Assembly (NCBI GenBank): GCA_035530075.1
Contig: DATKVM010000004.1
Coordinates: 2,132-66,131, forward strand
DNA length: 64,000 nucleotides
Origin: Patescibacteria group bacterium
Lineage (GTDB): Bacteria; Patescibacteriota; Microgenomatia; UM-FILTER-40-11
Direction of reading: 5' to 3'
Below the pieces are notes generated by a model. It saw only the letters and a list, made by a program, of their open reading frames with translations. It did no database searches and was not told where the DNA came from. The position numbers and the translations under genes were made by a program. Within the stretch, counting starts at the first letter, position 1. Each line of letters begins with the position of its first letter. This document shows, piece by piece, positions 55,645 through 64,000 of this stretch.

Positions 55645-56555
55645 GAAGGTTTAAGATAATGATAAACCACCCTAATTGTTCCCTTAATTCTAATGCCTAA
55701 AAGAATTAAAGAAGTCATCCAGGCAGGGTAAACACCTTGATAAAATTTGCGATAAAAAATCTCCATTGCTTTCACCGAAGCTCGGGCTACCTTTAAACGG
55801 TTCTCTTTGGAATTTCGACTGATTTTTTCAGTCTCCCGGCGCAAACCTGAACTGGCTCCCTTAAAGTGAGTCAATAAGGGCCGGGCATAAAACATAACTT
55901 TAAAACCAGCCCGCTTAATCCGATAAAAAAAATCTAAATCCTCGCCATAAAAAAAATACTCCTCATCCCAAGCGCCCACTTTTTCAACTACTTCCCGTCG
56001 GATCATCATAAAGGCCCCCGCCCCGGCATCAATTTCGTGATTTTGATTTAAGTCCAAATAAAACCGGTGATATTGTCCAAAAAGCCGGCTTTGAGGAAAG
56101 ATTCTCTCCAAACCCAAAAAATAAGTTATCGAGGCCCAAGGAGTGGGAAAGCCCCGGTGGCAATCAGGGTCTATCTTCCCCGAAGCCAATAAGGTTTTAG
56201 CCGTTAAGGCACCCATGTTCTCGTCGGTCCGCATAAACCCAATCGCTTCCTCAAGGGCATTCGGTTCAAGTCGAGTATCGGAATTAAGAAAAAGGATAAA
56301 ATCTCCCTTCGCTTCTTTTAAGCCAATATTATTGCCCCGAGCAAAGCCGACATTAGTTTTATTAATGATTAATTTAACCCTGGGAAATTCCTTCCTAACC
56401 ATTTGGGGGCTGCCGTCAGAAGAAGCATTATCGACCACAATTACTTCCGCTGTCAAAGAAGGAGAATGTTTTAAGCTAGCCAGGCATTCCCGCAAGAAAT
56501 CCCGAGTATTATAGCTTAAAACAACAACTGATAAATTAATTTTTTTTTCTCGCAT
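55641..56555 (-). CDS. Glycosyltransferase family 2
   Basis: GT-A N-terminus LSVVVLSYNTRDFL with DxD (LNSDT). The start was set at the internal Met at 56553-56555 to give a short overlap with the upstream gene; the ORF continues to 56645. Confidence 0.8.
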   Translation of the reverse strand: MREKKINLSVVVLSYNTRDFLRECLASLKHSPSLTAEVIVVDNASSDGSPQMVRKEFPRVKLIINKTNVGFARGNNIGLKEAKGDFILFLNSDTRLEPNALEEAIGFMRTDENMGALTAKTLLASGKIDPDCHRGFPTPWASITYFLGLERIFPQSRLFGQYHRFYLDLNQNHEIDAGAGAFMMIRREVVEKVGAWDEEYFFYGEDLDFFYRIKRAGFKVMFYARPLLTHFKGASSGLRRETEKISRNSKENRLKVARASVKAMEIFYRKFYQGVYPAWMTSLILLGIRIKGTIRVVYHYLKPS

Positions 56556-57750
56556 TAGTGGCCTCTTCATAAAGCCGGTCAAGCTGCTTAGCGCTGCTTT
56601 CCCAGGTATATTCCCTTTTAACCAACTCTTGAGCTTTTTTGCCAATCGCTTCCCTTAATCTTTTCCCCTGGAGCAACTTAATCGCTTCCTCGGCCAGCTT
56701 ATCAAGATTGTCCCTAATAATGGCTTCTTTGTTATTCACTGCCATAATGCCTTCAATTCCGTGGCCAGTAGTAACGATGGGTAATCCCGAGGCCATTGCT
56801 TCAAAAAATTTCGTTCGGCTACCTCCACCACTCCTTATTGGAGCAACCAAAATCCAAGCTTTTTGATACGCTTCTCGACTATCCTCAATTTCTTCAATTA
56901 AAACATCTTTTTCCCCCAAATATTGAGACAAAACCTGAGGAGCAATTTTACCGACAATCCAAAGCTTAGCGTTCTTTACTTCACTTTTAATTTTTGGCCA
57001 AATACTCTTCATTAAAATTTCCACTCCCTCTTTATTTTGCATCCAATGAAAGTCCGCTAAACCAAAAAGGACGACCGGAGTTTTACTTTTCTCATACCGC
57101 CGTTCACTAAATTGTTTAAAGTCAACTCCGTTAGGAACAATATAAATTTTCTTTCTTCCGGTCAATTCCTGAATATGCTGACGGTCTTCTTCTGAAACCG
57201 CCGCCGTAAAGTGGGCCGTTTTTAAAAAGTGGTTTTCCCAATATCTCAACTTCCGAATATCGAGCATAAAAATCGGTTTAAGCCAGCAAAGGTACCAAGG
57301 TAATGATTCAGCATAGTGTTGGTAAACCCGATAAAAAATAGTTTGTTCAATAAAAACTACCGGAATTTCCGTTTCGGGAATATAAGGCATAGTGTAAAAA
57401 TTCTCGGCATGAATTAAATCATATTTCTCATTTTTCAACTCGTCTGAAACCGCCTTCTTTTCTTCATCGGCAAAATTTCTAATGACTAAGAACGGATAAT
57501 TACTAAAAGCGGTTCTCAAGACGTTTTTTATGGTCCATGGTTTGGGAGGACGGGCAAAAATCCTGACCTTTTTACAGTACTTCTGTAGTTCTCCAATATA
57601 CTGCCGCTCGCTCTCATCCTTAATTAAGGAAAAAAGAGTAATTTCGTGTTTTTCTCCCAGATGTTTAATTAGATTATATGACCGGGTCTGACCCCCGGAA
57701 TGAGGAGGATAAGGGAAATATGGGGTTAACATTAAAATTTTCATAACCAA
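56536..57750 (-). CDS. Glycosyltransferase family 4
   Basis: A GT-B fold with the C-terminal GGGSRTKFFEAMASGLPIVTT motif. Confidence 0.8.
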   Translation of the reverse strand: MVMKILMLTPYFPYPPHSGGQTRSYNLIKHLGEKHEITLFSLIKDESERQYIGELQKYCKKVRIFARPPKPWTIKNVLRTAFSNYPFLVIRNFADEEKKAVSDELKNEKYDLIHAENFYTMPYIPETEIPVVFIEQTIFYRVYQHYAESLPWYLCWLKPIFMLDIRKLRYWENHFLKTAHFTAAVSEEDRQHIQELTGRKKIYIVPNGVDFKQFSERRYEKSKTPVVLFGLADFHWMQNKEGVEILMKSIWPKIKSEVKNAKLWIVGKIAPQVLSQYLGEKDVLIEEIEDSREAYQKAWILVAPIRSGGGSRTKFFEAMASGLPIVTTGHGIEGIMAVNNKEAIIRDNLDKLAEEAIKLLQGKRLREAIGKKAQELVKREYTWESSAKQLDRLYEEATNARKKN

Positions 57751-57763
57751 AGCAACTGGCTAA

Positions 57764-59215
57764 TCAGTGATTAGTAATTAGAGAAAAAATTACATATTGA
57801 TTAGTCTCCTCTAAGAGTTGGTATTTACTTATCATGTACTTGCCAAAATCAGATTTTTTATCAAATTTGGTAGTTACATAAACTGATCCATCCATACTCT
57901 TAATCTTTTCTATCACCTCGGGAGAATTAGGAAAATTAGAGGCATAACCCCCAGTCCATCCCCAACGATTAGTATTGTATAAAAGAGTGGCATCGTTGCT
58001 GTCACCCGTTAGAACTAAAGCATCTTTTGGAGTTAGCTTGTCAACGGCAGCCCCGGCTAAATCTACCCCTCCTTGAATATTATAAAAGTTGCGTACTTCA
58101 TACCATGAAAAAGCAGTCATAAATAAAAAGCAAATAGCAAAAAGCAAATAGCAAAAAGTTTTATTAAAAATTTCCCTGCTTTCAAAAAGCAATAAATTTG
58201 CTCCCTTTGCCAGAAAAATACAAAAGATAGGAACCAGAGGAATCTGATAATAATCGTGAGTTACATTCCCGGCGGCAAAGACGGCAATATAAATAAAAAT
58301 AGAGAGTAACCAAAAATGAAAAAACCAGCCCTCTTTTTTGGGTTTTTGAATAATCCCTAAAACCAAAAATGGTAATCCCCAATAGCCCGAGATAAGCTCT
58401 CCGATTCTTTTGGCAAAAATCCAGTAGAAAAAAGCACCAGTAAAACGGATGTTTCCTTGATTGAAAAGCCAAAAGCTGGCAGGGACTCCCTCTGGGAAAT
58501 GATTAATCCACCATCGCCAAAAGACAAGTGGCAAAAAAGAAATCGCCAGCCAAATATAAAGCCTCGGTTGTTTGAGAAAGCGGAGACCAAACTTATTAAA
58601 AATTAAGAAAAAGAGCGGTAAAAGAAAAAATAAAGGAAATGTTTTTTGAGAAAAAGACAACGTTGAAAGAAAAATGAAAGATGAAAAATGAAGGATTGAA
58701 TTTGTCTCTAACCATTTAATACAAAAATAAAACATACCTAAAGTGAAAAAGACTATCATTGGCTCAGGCAAAACTACCCGGGAATAAAAAATACTGTAGG
58801 GTAAGACCGCCAAAAAGAAAGCAGCTAAAAGACCAACGGCATCACCCAAATAATTGGCGGTAATTAAATAGAGAAAGGCGATTGCACCCAAAGAAAAAAT
58901 TACTGATACCAACCGGGCATATTTAATATGAATGCCAAAGATTCGATAAATGCCGGCGACAAGACTGTTGTAAACTGGCGGCTCAACCAAGAAAAGCCGC
59001 TGGTCATTAGGCTTCCCCGAGTGAAGAGAAGTCATATTATCAATTTTCGGCCGGAAAAAATCCCATCCTTCTTTAATAAAATTACGGGCCACCGCCGCGG
59101 TGTCAGCCTGACGCCAGGAGTGATGGTCAGCCAAAGGAATATCAATTTTATAAAGTCTTAGACCACAGGCCAAAATCAAAATGAGAAAAAGAAAAAATTT
59201 TTTTATTTTAAACAT
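57764..59215 (-). CDS. GT39/ArnT-like polytopic membrane glycosyltransferase (PMT_2 family)
   Basis: The N-terminal loop DHHSWRQADTAAVARNF carries the DE/RxxD-type motif of undecaprenyl/dolichyl-phosphate-sugar-dependent GT-C enzymes. About 11 TM segments follow. Confidence 0.65.
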   Translation of the reverse strand: MFKIKKFFLFLILILACGLRLYKIDIPLADHHSWRQADTAAVARNFIKEGWDFFRPKIDNMTSLHSGKPNDQRLFLVEPPVYNSLVAGIYRIFGIHIKYARLVSVIFSLGAIAFLYLITANYLGDAVGLLAAFFLAVLPYSIFYSRVVLPEPMIVFFTLGMFYFCIKWLETNSILHFSSFIFLSTLSFSQKTFPLFFLLPLFFLIFNKFGLRFLKQPRLYIWLAISFLPLVFWRWWINHFPEGVPASFWLFNQGNIRFTGAFFYWIFAKRIGELISGYWGLPFLVLGIIQKPKKEGWFFHFWLLSIFIYIAVFAAGNVTHDYYQIPLVPIFCIFLAKGANLLLFESREIFNKTFCYLLFAICFLFMTAFSWYEVRNFYNIQGGVDLAGAAVDKLTPKDALVLTGDSNDATLLYNTNRWGWTGGYASNFPNSPEVIEKIKSMDGSVYVTTKFDKKSDFGKYMISKYQLLEETNQYVIFSLITNH

Positions 59216-59226
59216 TTGGCAGTCAA

Positions 59227-60693
59227 TTAAGCTCGACTTTTTATGGTCATTTCCTTGTTTAAATCAACAACCTTCAAGGCAATTCCTACTAAAATCCAGA
59301 AGAAAAAAGCCACTTTTGAGGCCTCCAGAACATCAATAAACGAAGCGTTCATAAAATAACCGACGGCCGCCCCGATTACCCCCAAAACTATCAGTTCCTC
59401 ATTCCGCTTTGGTCCTCTGGTTAAAAAGGCCACTAAGCGCCGAGCTATTTCGGCGATTACGGCCAAAAAGGCCAGTGAACCCAGAAGGCCAACTTCACCT
59501 AGCATCCGCAAATAATCGTTATCCGTTGCGAGAGTGATAGAAGAATAACCGGTTCCCAGTAAAGGATTTTTCAAAAAGGCTCGAATAGCGCGCGGCCACT
59601 CCACCTTAAGACGAATATCGGTTGAACGGCCAACCGCTAATTCAGTCGACTCAATGGGCGGATATTCTCCCGGCTTAAGTTCGGGGATTGGAGTGGGGGT
59701 AGCAGTCGGAGTCAGCGTCGGTAAAAAGCCCGGCTTAGTCGTCACCGGGGGAAGCATTAGGGTAGGAGTGGGAGTAGTCGTCGGCCCCTGCGCTATTCGG
59801 GGAGGTCTAATTTTCACCTGCCCGGAAAGAAAACTTAAATCAATCTTAAAAGTCGCCGCATATCTTTGACCCAGATCGCCCGCAAACACCATCCCGAGAA
59901 TGGATATCGCTAAAAAGGGCACCAGCCAAACTTTTTTCTTCGCTAAAAACAAGACTAAACTAACTCCCACCAGGTAGGCGCCAAAAGAAATCCGCGAAGC
60001 CGTGAGAAGTAAAATGTAGTAAGAAAAAAGGCCTAAGAAAAAAATCGGTAACTTTACCCGCCACTTTTTAACTATCATTAAAGCGACCACGACCAAAGGT
60101 AAAATAAGAACCATATAGGCAGCCAAATCATAATGACCGGCAAAAGTGGAATTTACTCTTGCCCACCAGGTTAATTGCAAAACTAAACCCCTAGAGAATT
60201 CTTCATTCATCGTTGAAATTACCGGCCAACCGAAAAATTTCTGTCCCAAGGCATAAAATATTATTCCCGAAGCAGCCACTAAAACTGTCCAGCCATAAAG
60301 ACGAAGTTGCTTAATATTTTTGAAAGAATAATAAGCCACAAAAAGCAAAGAGAAATATTCCACCCTTCTTAAAAAATGCAGCAGAGCCAAATGAGGCACT
60401 ACATTTTTAGTAATGAAAACCGCGCTTAAGATTGAAAGCAAACCGACCCCGAAATACAGGCTAATCAACTGAACCAACGAATCTTTAAGCAAGGAGAAAT
60501 CTCTTTTTATCAGCAACCGTAAACCGAACAAGCCAACAATTAAAGCCACGAAGAGGTCTTCCAGTCTAATCGAAACATATGTCCCCGAAACTCCAAAAAG
60601 AGGCAATTTCGGATAGAGCGGAATAAAAAACAAGAGAAAAGTCACCGCCCCTAAAAGCCAATTTTCTTTAACTGATTTTAAGCGCTTCCCCAT
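59227..60693 (-). CDS. O-antigen ligase/polymerase-like (Wzy_C family) membrane protein with a Pro/Thr-rich linker
   Basis: A multi-TM protein whose periplasmic loop region resembles Wzy_C. An inserted segment reads PTTTPTPTLMLPPVTTKPGFLPTLTPTATPTPIP. Confidence 0.55.
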   Translation of the reverse strand: MGKRLKSVKENWLLGAVTFLLFFIPLYPKLPLFGVSGTYVSIRLEDLFVALIVGLFGLRLLIKRDFSLLKDSLVQLISLYFGVGLLSILSAVFITKNVVPHLALLHFLRRVEYFSLLFVAYYSFKNIKQLRLYGWTVLVAASGIIFYALGQKFFGWPVISTMNEEFSRGLVLQLTWWARVNSTFAGHYDLAAYMVLILPLVVVALMIVKKWRVKLPIFFLGLFSYYILLLTASRISFGAYLVGVSLVLFLAKKKVWLVPFLAISILGMVFAGDLGQRYAATFKIDLSFLSGQVKIRPPRIAQGPTTTPTPTLMLPPVTTKPGFLPTLTPTATPTPIPELKPGEYPPIESTELAVGRSTDIRLKVEWPRAIRAFLKNPLLGTGYSSITLATDNDYLRMLGEVGLLGSLAFLAVIAEIARRLVAFLTRGPKRNEELIVLGVIGAAVGYFMNASFIDVLEASKVAFFFWILVGIALKVVDLNKEMTIKSRA

Positions 60694-61540
60694 AAGTCTC
60701 CTTTAGGTAATTATCGTTCTTCAGGTGACCAATTATCAAGGCTAAAAAGGCTTTTGTCTTAAGCATTAATCTTAAAATAAAAAGTTCCGGAAAATTTTTG
60801 TGTTTCCGATAAAAATATAAAAGCCCTCGGTAAATATTAATAATGGGGTCCTTTTTGCCGTGCTTGGCACTGCCACGACCCAAATGGATAATCTCTGCCT
60901 CTTTAAAAAAGTAGGTTAAGAAACCGGCTTTTCGAGAGCGATAAAACCATTCCACTTCTTCCATATACATAAAAAGTTGTTCGTCTAACCCGCCAATTTT
61001 TTCAAAAACTTCTTTTCTAGCCATAAAAGCTGCCCCCATCAGCCAATCAGCTAATCCCGATTTGGCTGGGGAACAACGAACAAAGTTGTCCGCTCCCCAA
61101 TGCTCGGCGAAAAGCATTACCAGAGCCACCAGTAAATTAGGAAAACGGCCACAATTAGATTGAGGACTCCCATCCTGATTTAAAAGTTTCGGCCCTACAA
61201 TCCCAATTTCCGAATGCTCATCTAAAAAATTTATCAGCTTCTCAATTGCCCCCTTTTTTATTAAGGTATCGGAATTCAAAAGCATAATATAATCCCCCTG
61301 GGCTCTTTTAATCCCCTCGTTATTTCCCTTGGAAAAACCCAAATTTTCTTTATTAATGATTAATTTAACCCCGGGAAATTCTTTCTTTACCGCCTGAGCA
61401 CTGCCGTCAGTCGAACCATTATCTACGACGATCACTTCTACCTCTGGACCCAGTTCCAAGCTTTTAAGACACTGGTTTAAAAGCTCTCTCGTGTTCCAGG
61501 AAAGAATAATAATAGAAAGCTTTACTTTACTTTTTGCCAT
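60668..61540 (-). CDS. Glycosyltransferase family 2
   Basis: KLSIIILSWNTRELL, a DxD (LNSDT) and the PGV/GFS motif. The start was moved to the Met at 61538-61540. Confidence 0.8.
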   Translation of the reverse strand: MAKSKVKLSIIILSWNTRELLNQCLKSLELGPEVEVIVVDNGSTDGSAQAVKKEFPGVKLIINKENLGFSKGNNEGIKRAQGDYIMLLNSDTLIKKGAIEKLINFLDEHSEIGIVGPKLLNQDGSPQSNCGRFPNLLVALVMLFAEHWGADNFVRCSPAKSGLADWLMGAAFMARKEVFEKIGGLDEQLFMYMEEVEWFYRSRKAGFLTYFFKEAEIIHLGRGSAKHGKKDPIINIYRGLLYFYRKHKNFPELFILRLMLKTKAFLALIIGHLKNDNYLKETYGEALKIS

Positions 61541-62112
61541 CTTTGGAAAAGTTCCCAATAAGCGCGATAAAGAAGATAAGTTACTCCCAAGGTCAAATAA
61601 AAAATAAGTAGCCGTTGCCATACTTTTGATTCTTGATAAAAGAGAGTGACCTTAAACTGATAAACTTTACCGTCAACAATTAAAATATTTTTCACTCTTC
61701 TTTCAGGCCGAGTAAAAGGGTCATTGTCCCACTCAAAACCACTCACAAAAAGCGATTCCCTAAAAGGGTGAACAAATTCTTCCACATAAGTCGTTTGCTG
61801 AGTCTCGCGGAGGATTTCTTTAATTCTTTCTGGCGGGTGATTCAGTTTATAAGTAATTAAGGGGATATCTAAAAAAGGAGATCGAGAAAAATAATCTTGG
61901 TAAAAATCTACCACCTCTTTCCGTAAAGTGTCTGTATAGTAGGCGGAAACATTGGCAATCTGCACCGTATCCCCCGGCTCTGTTGATTTCACCGACGAAG
62001 GTAAAGGGGGAAAGTCTTTAGGGGCCGGTAAAACTAAATAAATCGTTCCGATTGAAAAAATTAAAAAAAAGAGAATTTGGCCTGCTCTCTTCATCTTATT
62101 TCTTGAAATCAT
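61522..62112 (-). CDS. Hypothetical membrane-anchored protein
   Basis: An N-terminal TM (ILFFLIFSIGTIYLVL) and a second C-terminal TM, with no recognisable domain. Confidence 0.4.
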   Translation of the reverse strand: MISRNKMKRAGQILFFLIFSIGTIYLVLPAPKDFPPLPSSVKSTEPGDTVQIANVSAYYTDTLRKEVVDFYQDYFSRSPFLDIPLITYKLNHPPERIKEILRETQQTTYVEEFVHPFRESLFVSGFEWDNDPFTRPERRVKNILIVDGKVYQFKVTLFYQESKVWQRLLIFYLTLGVTYLLYRAYWELFQRWQKVK

Positions 62113-62118
62113 CTTAAT

Positions 62119-62772
62119 TTACTGAAATAGTCTTGAACGACCTAAACGATAACGAAGCTCTTTATTTTTTCTCTCGCCGATTTCTTTCGCCGGAACACCG
62201 GCAACAATCTTAAAAGGAGCGACTTCTTTAGTTACCACCGCTCCCGCCGCGACAACCGCCCCTTTGCCGATTTTCACTCCCGGCAGGATTATTGCCCGCG
62301 GACCGACAAAAACATAATCTTCAATTTCCACCGGCTGGACCACCACCCGAAAATCATCGCTTTCTAAATCATGCTCGGAGTTATAAATTAAGACCTGAGA
62401 GGCAATATCGACATGATTACCGATTTTTAGCAGCGCCCGACCATCCAGAAAAGCAAACTCCCCCACTAAAGCATCCTCACCAATGCTGACACCCTTAGGA
62501 TTAAAAAATCTCGCCCCAAAATGAATCTTAGATTTTCTCCCAATCTTAAGGCCGGCCAGAGAATAAATAAATTTTCGCCAAAACCAAAAAGGGCAATAGC
62601 CTGTCCAGTCAACAATAAGTAAAACAAAATCCTCCCCCCAGGAAGTCACTCTCCTTAAAGCCTTGCTTATCGCCTCTCCTAATGAAAGTAAACGGTCGTT
62701 CTTGTCGGTGAAGCTCAGACCACGTGAGGAAAGATGGATATTGTTAGAGTAAAACATATTAGTTGGCGCCAT
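62119..62772 (-). CDS. Hexapeptide-repeat (LbH) sugar O-acetyltransferase, WcaF/WbbJ-like
   Basis: Repeated [LIV]G-x4 hexapeptides (IGNHVDIASQVLI, VGPRAIILPGVKIGKGAVVAAGAVV) are present. Confidence 0.75.
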   Translation of the reverse strand: MAPTNMFYSNNIHLSSRGLSFTDKNDRLLSLGEAISKALRRVTSWGEDFVLLIVDWTGYCPFWFWRKFIYSLAGLKIGRKSKIHFGARFFNPKGVSIGEDALVGEFAFLDGRALLKIGNHVDIASQVLIYNSEHDLESDDFRVVVQPVEIEDYVFVGPRAIILPGVKIGKGAVVAAGAVVTKEVAPFKIVAGVPAKEIGERKNKELRYRLGRSRLFQ

Positions 62773-63901
62773 CTAGACTTTCAAGTGTTTCCAGAACTTT
62801 TCTCGCACATTTCTCCCACGAAAACTGCTTTACTTGCCCCCGCCCTCTAGCAATTATCGCATCTCTTTGGCTTTTATTCAAACTCAGAACTTTCTCTATT
62901 GCGGCGGCGATACTTTCCGTCTGGCGAGGATTACAGTAAATTGCGGCTTCCCCACCTACCTCCGGCAAGCTTGCCATATTGGCGGCCACTACCGGCACCC
63001 CCAAAGCCATTGCTTCCGCCACCGGAATCCCGAATCCTTCATAAAAAGAAGGCAAAATATAAGCCTTGGCTCCCTCTATCAAATATGGTTTTTCTTCTTC
63101 CTCCACAAAGCCAGTAAAAACAACTTTATCCGCTAACCCCAAGTCTTTTACTTTCTGAAAAATTTCTCCATAAAGCCACCCTTTCCTACCGGCAATGACC
63201 AAGTTAACTTCATTATTTCTCTTGGCCACCAAGGTAAAAGCCTCCAGCAGACCCTTCAAATTCTTCTTTGGTTGCAGTGTCCCCAGATAAAGCAAATAGT
63301 CTCCTTCAATTCCATACTTTTGCTTGATTCCTTCAACTTTGAACTTTGAACTCTTGTCCTGAGCTTTGTCGAAGGATTGAACTTTGAACTTCTCGTATCC
63401 TGGATAGGCGACCATAATCTTTTCCGGCGGGTACTGGTATATCTTGACTATTTCCGATTTGGAAAATTCAGAGATGGTAACAATTCGGCTGGCTCTTTTG
63501 ACTGAATAGCTTTCCCATTTCCTTAATTGATAGAGGTCCTTTTTGGCAAATTGCTCCGGATGACGGTGATGCCAAAGGTCCATAATGGAAATGACGGTTG
63601 GAAAAGGGGAGAGGCGAGGAGCATAATGGCTGGGGCTATAAAAAACGCTTAGCTTTTCTCTTTGAGTAAATAGTTTCAACGGAAGAGCTACTTGAGTCCA
63701 TAATTTACTCGGCCCAAAAACTCGGTATCGCCACCCTTCTCTTTCCTTCGGTAAGTCAGGCAAAGCTGGCTCTTTTAAATAAAGAAGATAGGAATTTCTT
63801 TTATCAATTTTTTCCAGCTGTCTAATCACATTAAAAGCAAACTGGCCGACTCCTACCCGATTTTTTTGGTTTGCCTCATTGGCATCAACCCCGATTAGCA
63901 T
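62759..63901 (-). CDS. Glycosyltransferase family 4
   Basis: The C-terminal EGFGIPVAEAMALGVPVVA motif is present. Repeat copy C is in frame (KFKVQSFDKAQDKSSKFKVEG). Confidence 0.8.
   Translation of the reverse strand: MLIGVDANEANQKNRVGVGQFAFNVIRQLEKIDKRNSYLLYLKEPALPDLPKEREGWRYRVFGPSKLWTQVALPLKLFTQREKLSVFYSPSHYAPRLSPFPTVISIMDLWHHRHPEQFAKKDLYQLRKWESYSVKRASRIVTISEFSKSEIVKIYQYPPEKIMVAYPGYEKFKVQSFDKAQDKSSKFKVEGIKQKYGIEGDYLLYLGTLQPKKNLKGLLEAFTLVAKRNNEVNLVIAGRKGWLYGEIFQKVKDLGLADKVVFTGFVEEEEKPYLIEGAKAYILPSFYEGFGIPVAEAMALGVPVVAANMASLPEVGGEAAIYCNPRQTESIAAAIEKVLSLNKSQRDAIIARGRGQVKQFSWEKCARKVLETLESLDGAN
63334..63392. repeat. Intragenic repeat element, copy C
   Basis: CAACTTTGAACTTTGAACT, then the exact 25-nt core, then TGAACTTTGAACTTC, all inside the GT4 coding sequence. 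Confidence 0.75.
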
Positions 63902-64000
63902 AATTCGAAAATTAGTTTTTAAAACAAAAGGTTTGTCGATGCTAGATACTAAATACTATTATTCTTTTAATTCGTTAACTTATATATTACTGTATTTTCA

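Noticed and set aside
58120-58152. Tandem repeat AAAGCAAATAGCAAAAAGCAAATAGCAAAAAG
   Set aside because: It lies inside the GT39-like membrane protein gene and encodes a hydrophobic TM stretch. It is probably a coding-sequence duplication and not a regulatory or mobile repeat, so it was not listed as a separate feature.
1-64000. Search for a CRISPR array, rRNA genes, transposases or integrases
   Set aside because: I saw no regularly spaced direct repeats with unique spacers, no rRNA-like conserved stretches, and no DDE or tyrosine-recombinase-like ORFs. The only repeat families are the intragenic element and the short tandem repeats reported above.

Overview
The window is AT-rich (about 42% GC) with compact, mostly minus-strand operons and overlapping start and stop codons. 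I infer a small-genome, Patescibacteria/CPR-like bacterium.

Main contents, in order:
- An accessory patch at 0.9-4.4 kb: a Cas4-like PD-(D/E)xK nuclease, DUF4258, DUF362, a minimal nucleotidyltransferase and a degenerate MPN-like protein.
- A MacB-type ABC efflux system, an OmpR/histidine-kinase two-component pair, an AlkD-like repair gene, tRNA-Val(CAC), lepB, parB and rplU-rpmA.
- A SEDS protein, then ileS with a putative T-box leader, then ftsZ-ftsA.
- A fused AmrB-AmrA (Memo-AMMECR1) gene.
- A 4.4-kb block of four domain-less ORFs with a strongly GC-rich core (about 58% GC) and conspicuous dyad symmetries.
- A near-complete dcw/mur cluster running from mraZ to murG. MurD is not found. At the usual murD slot sit an ATP-grasp ligase, a threonine-synthase-family PLP enzyme and an unannotated 52-codon LysW-like zinc-ribbon carrier ORF, and an ATE/Bpt-family tRNA-dependent transferase lies between murC and an amidase.
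- glyQS and recO.
- A 16-kb surface-glycan cluster, with the AmmeMemoRadiSam radical-SAM gene embedded in it.

A nucleotide-level repeat is present in three full copies and one degenerate copy. Its 25-nt core is CTTGTCCTGAGCTTTGTCGAAGGAT, flanked by TTGAACTTTGAACT-type tandems. It sits inside four protein-coding genes in different reading frames without breaking them. No CRISPR array, rRNA or transposase was seen.
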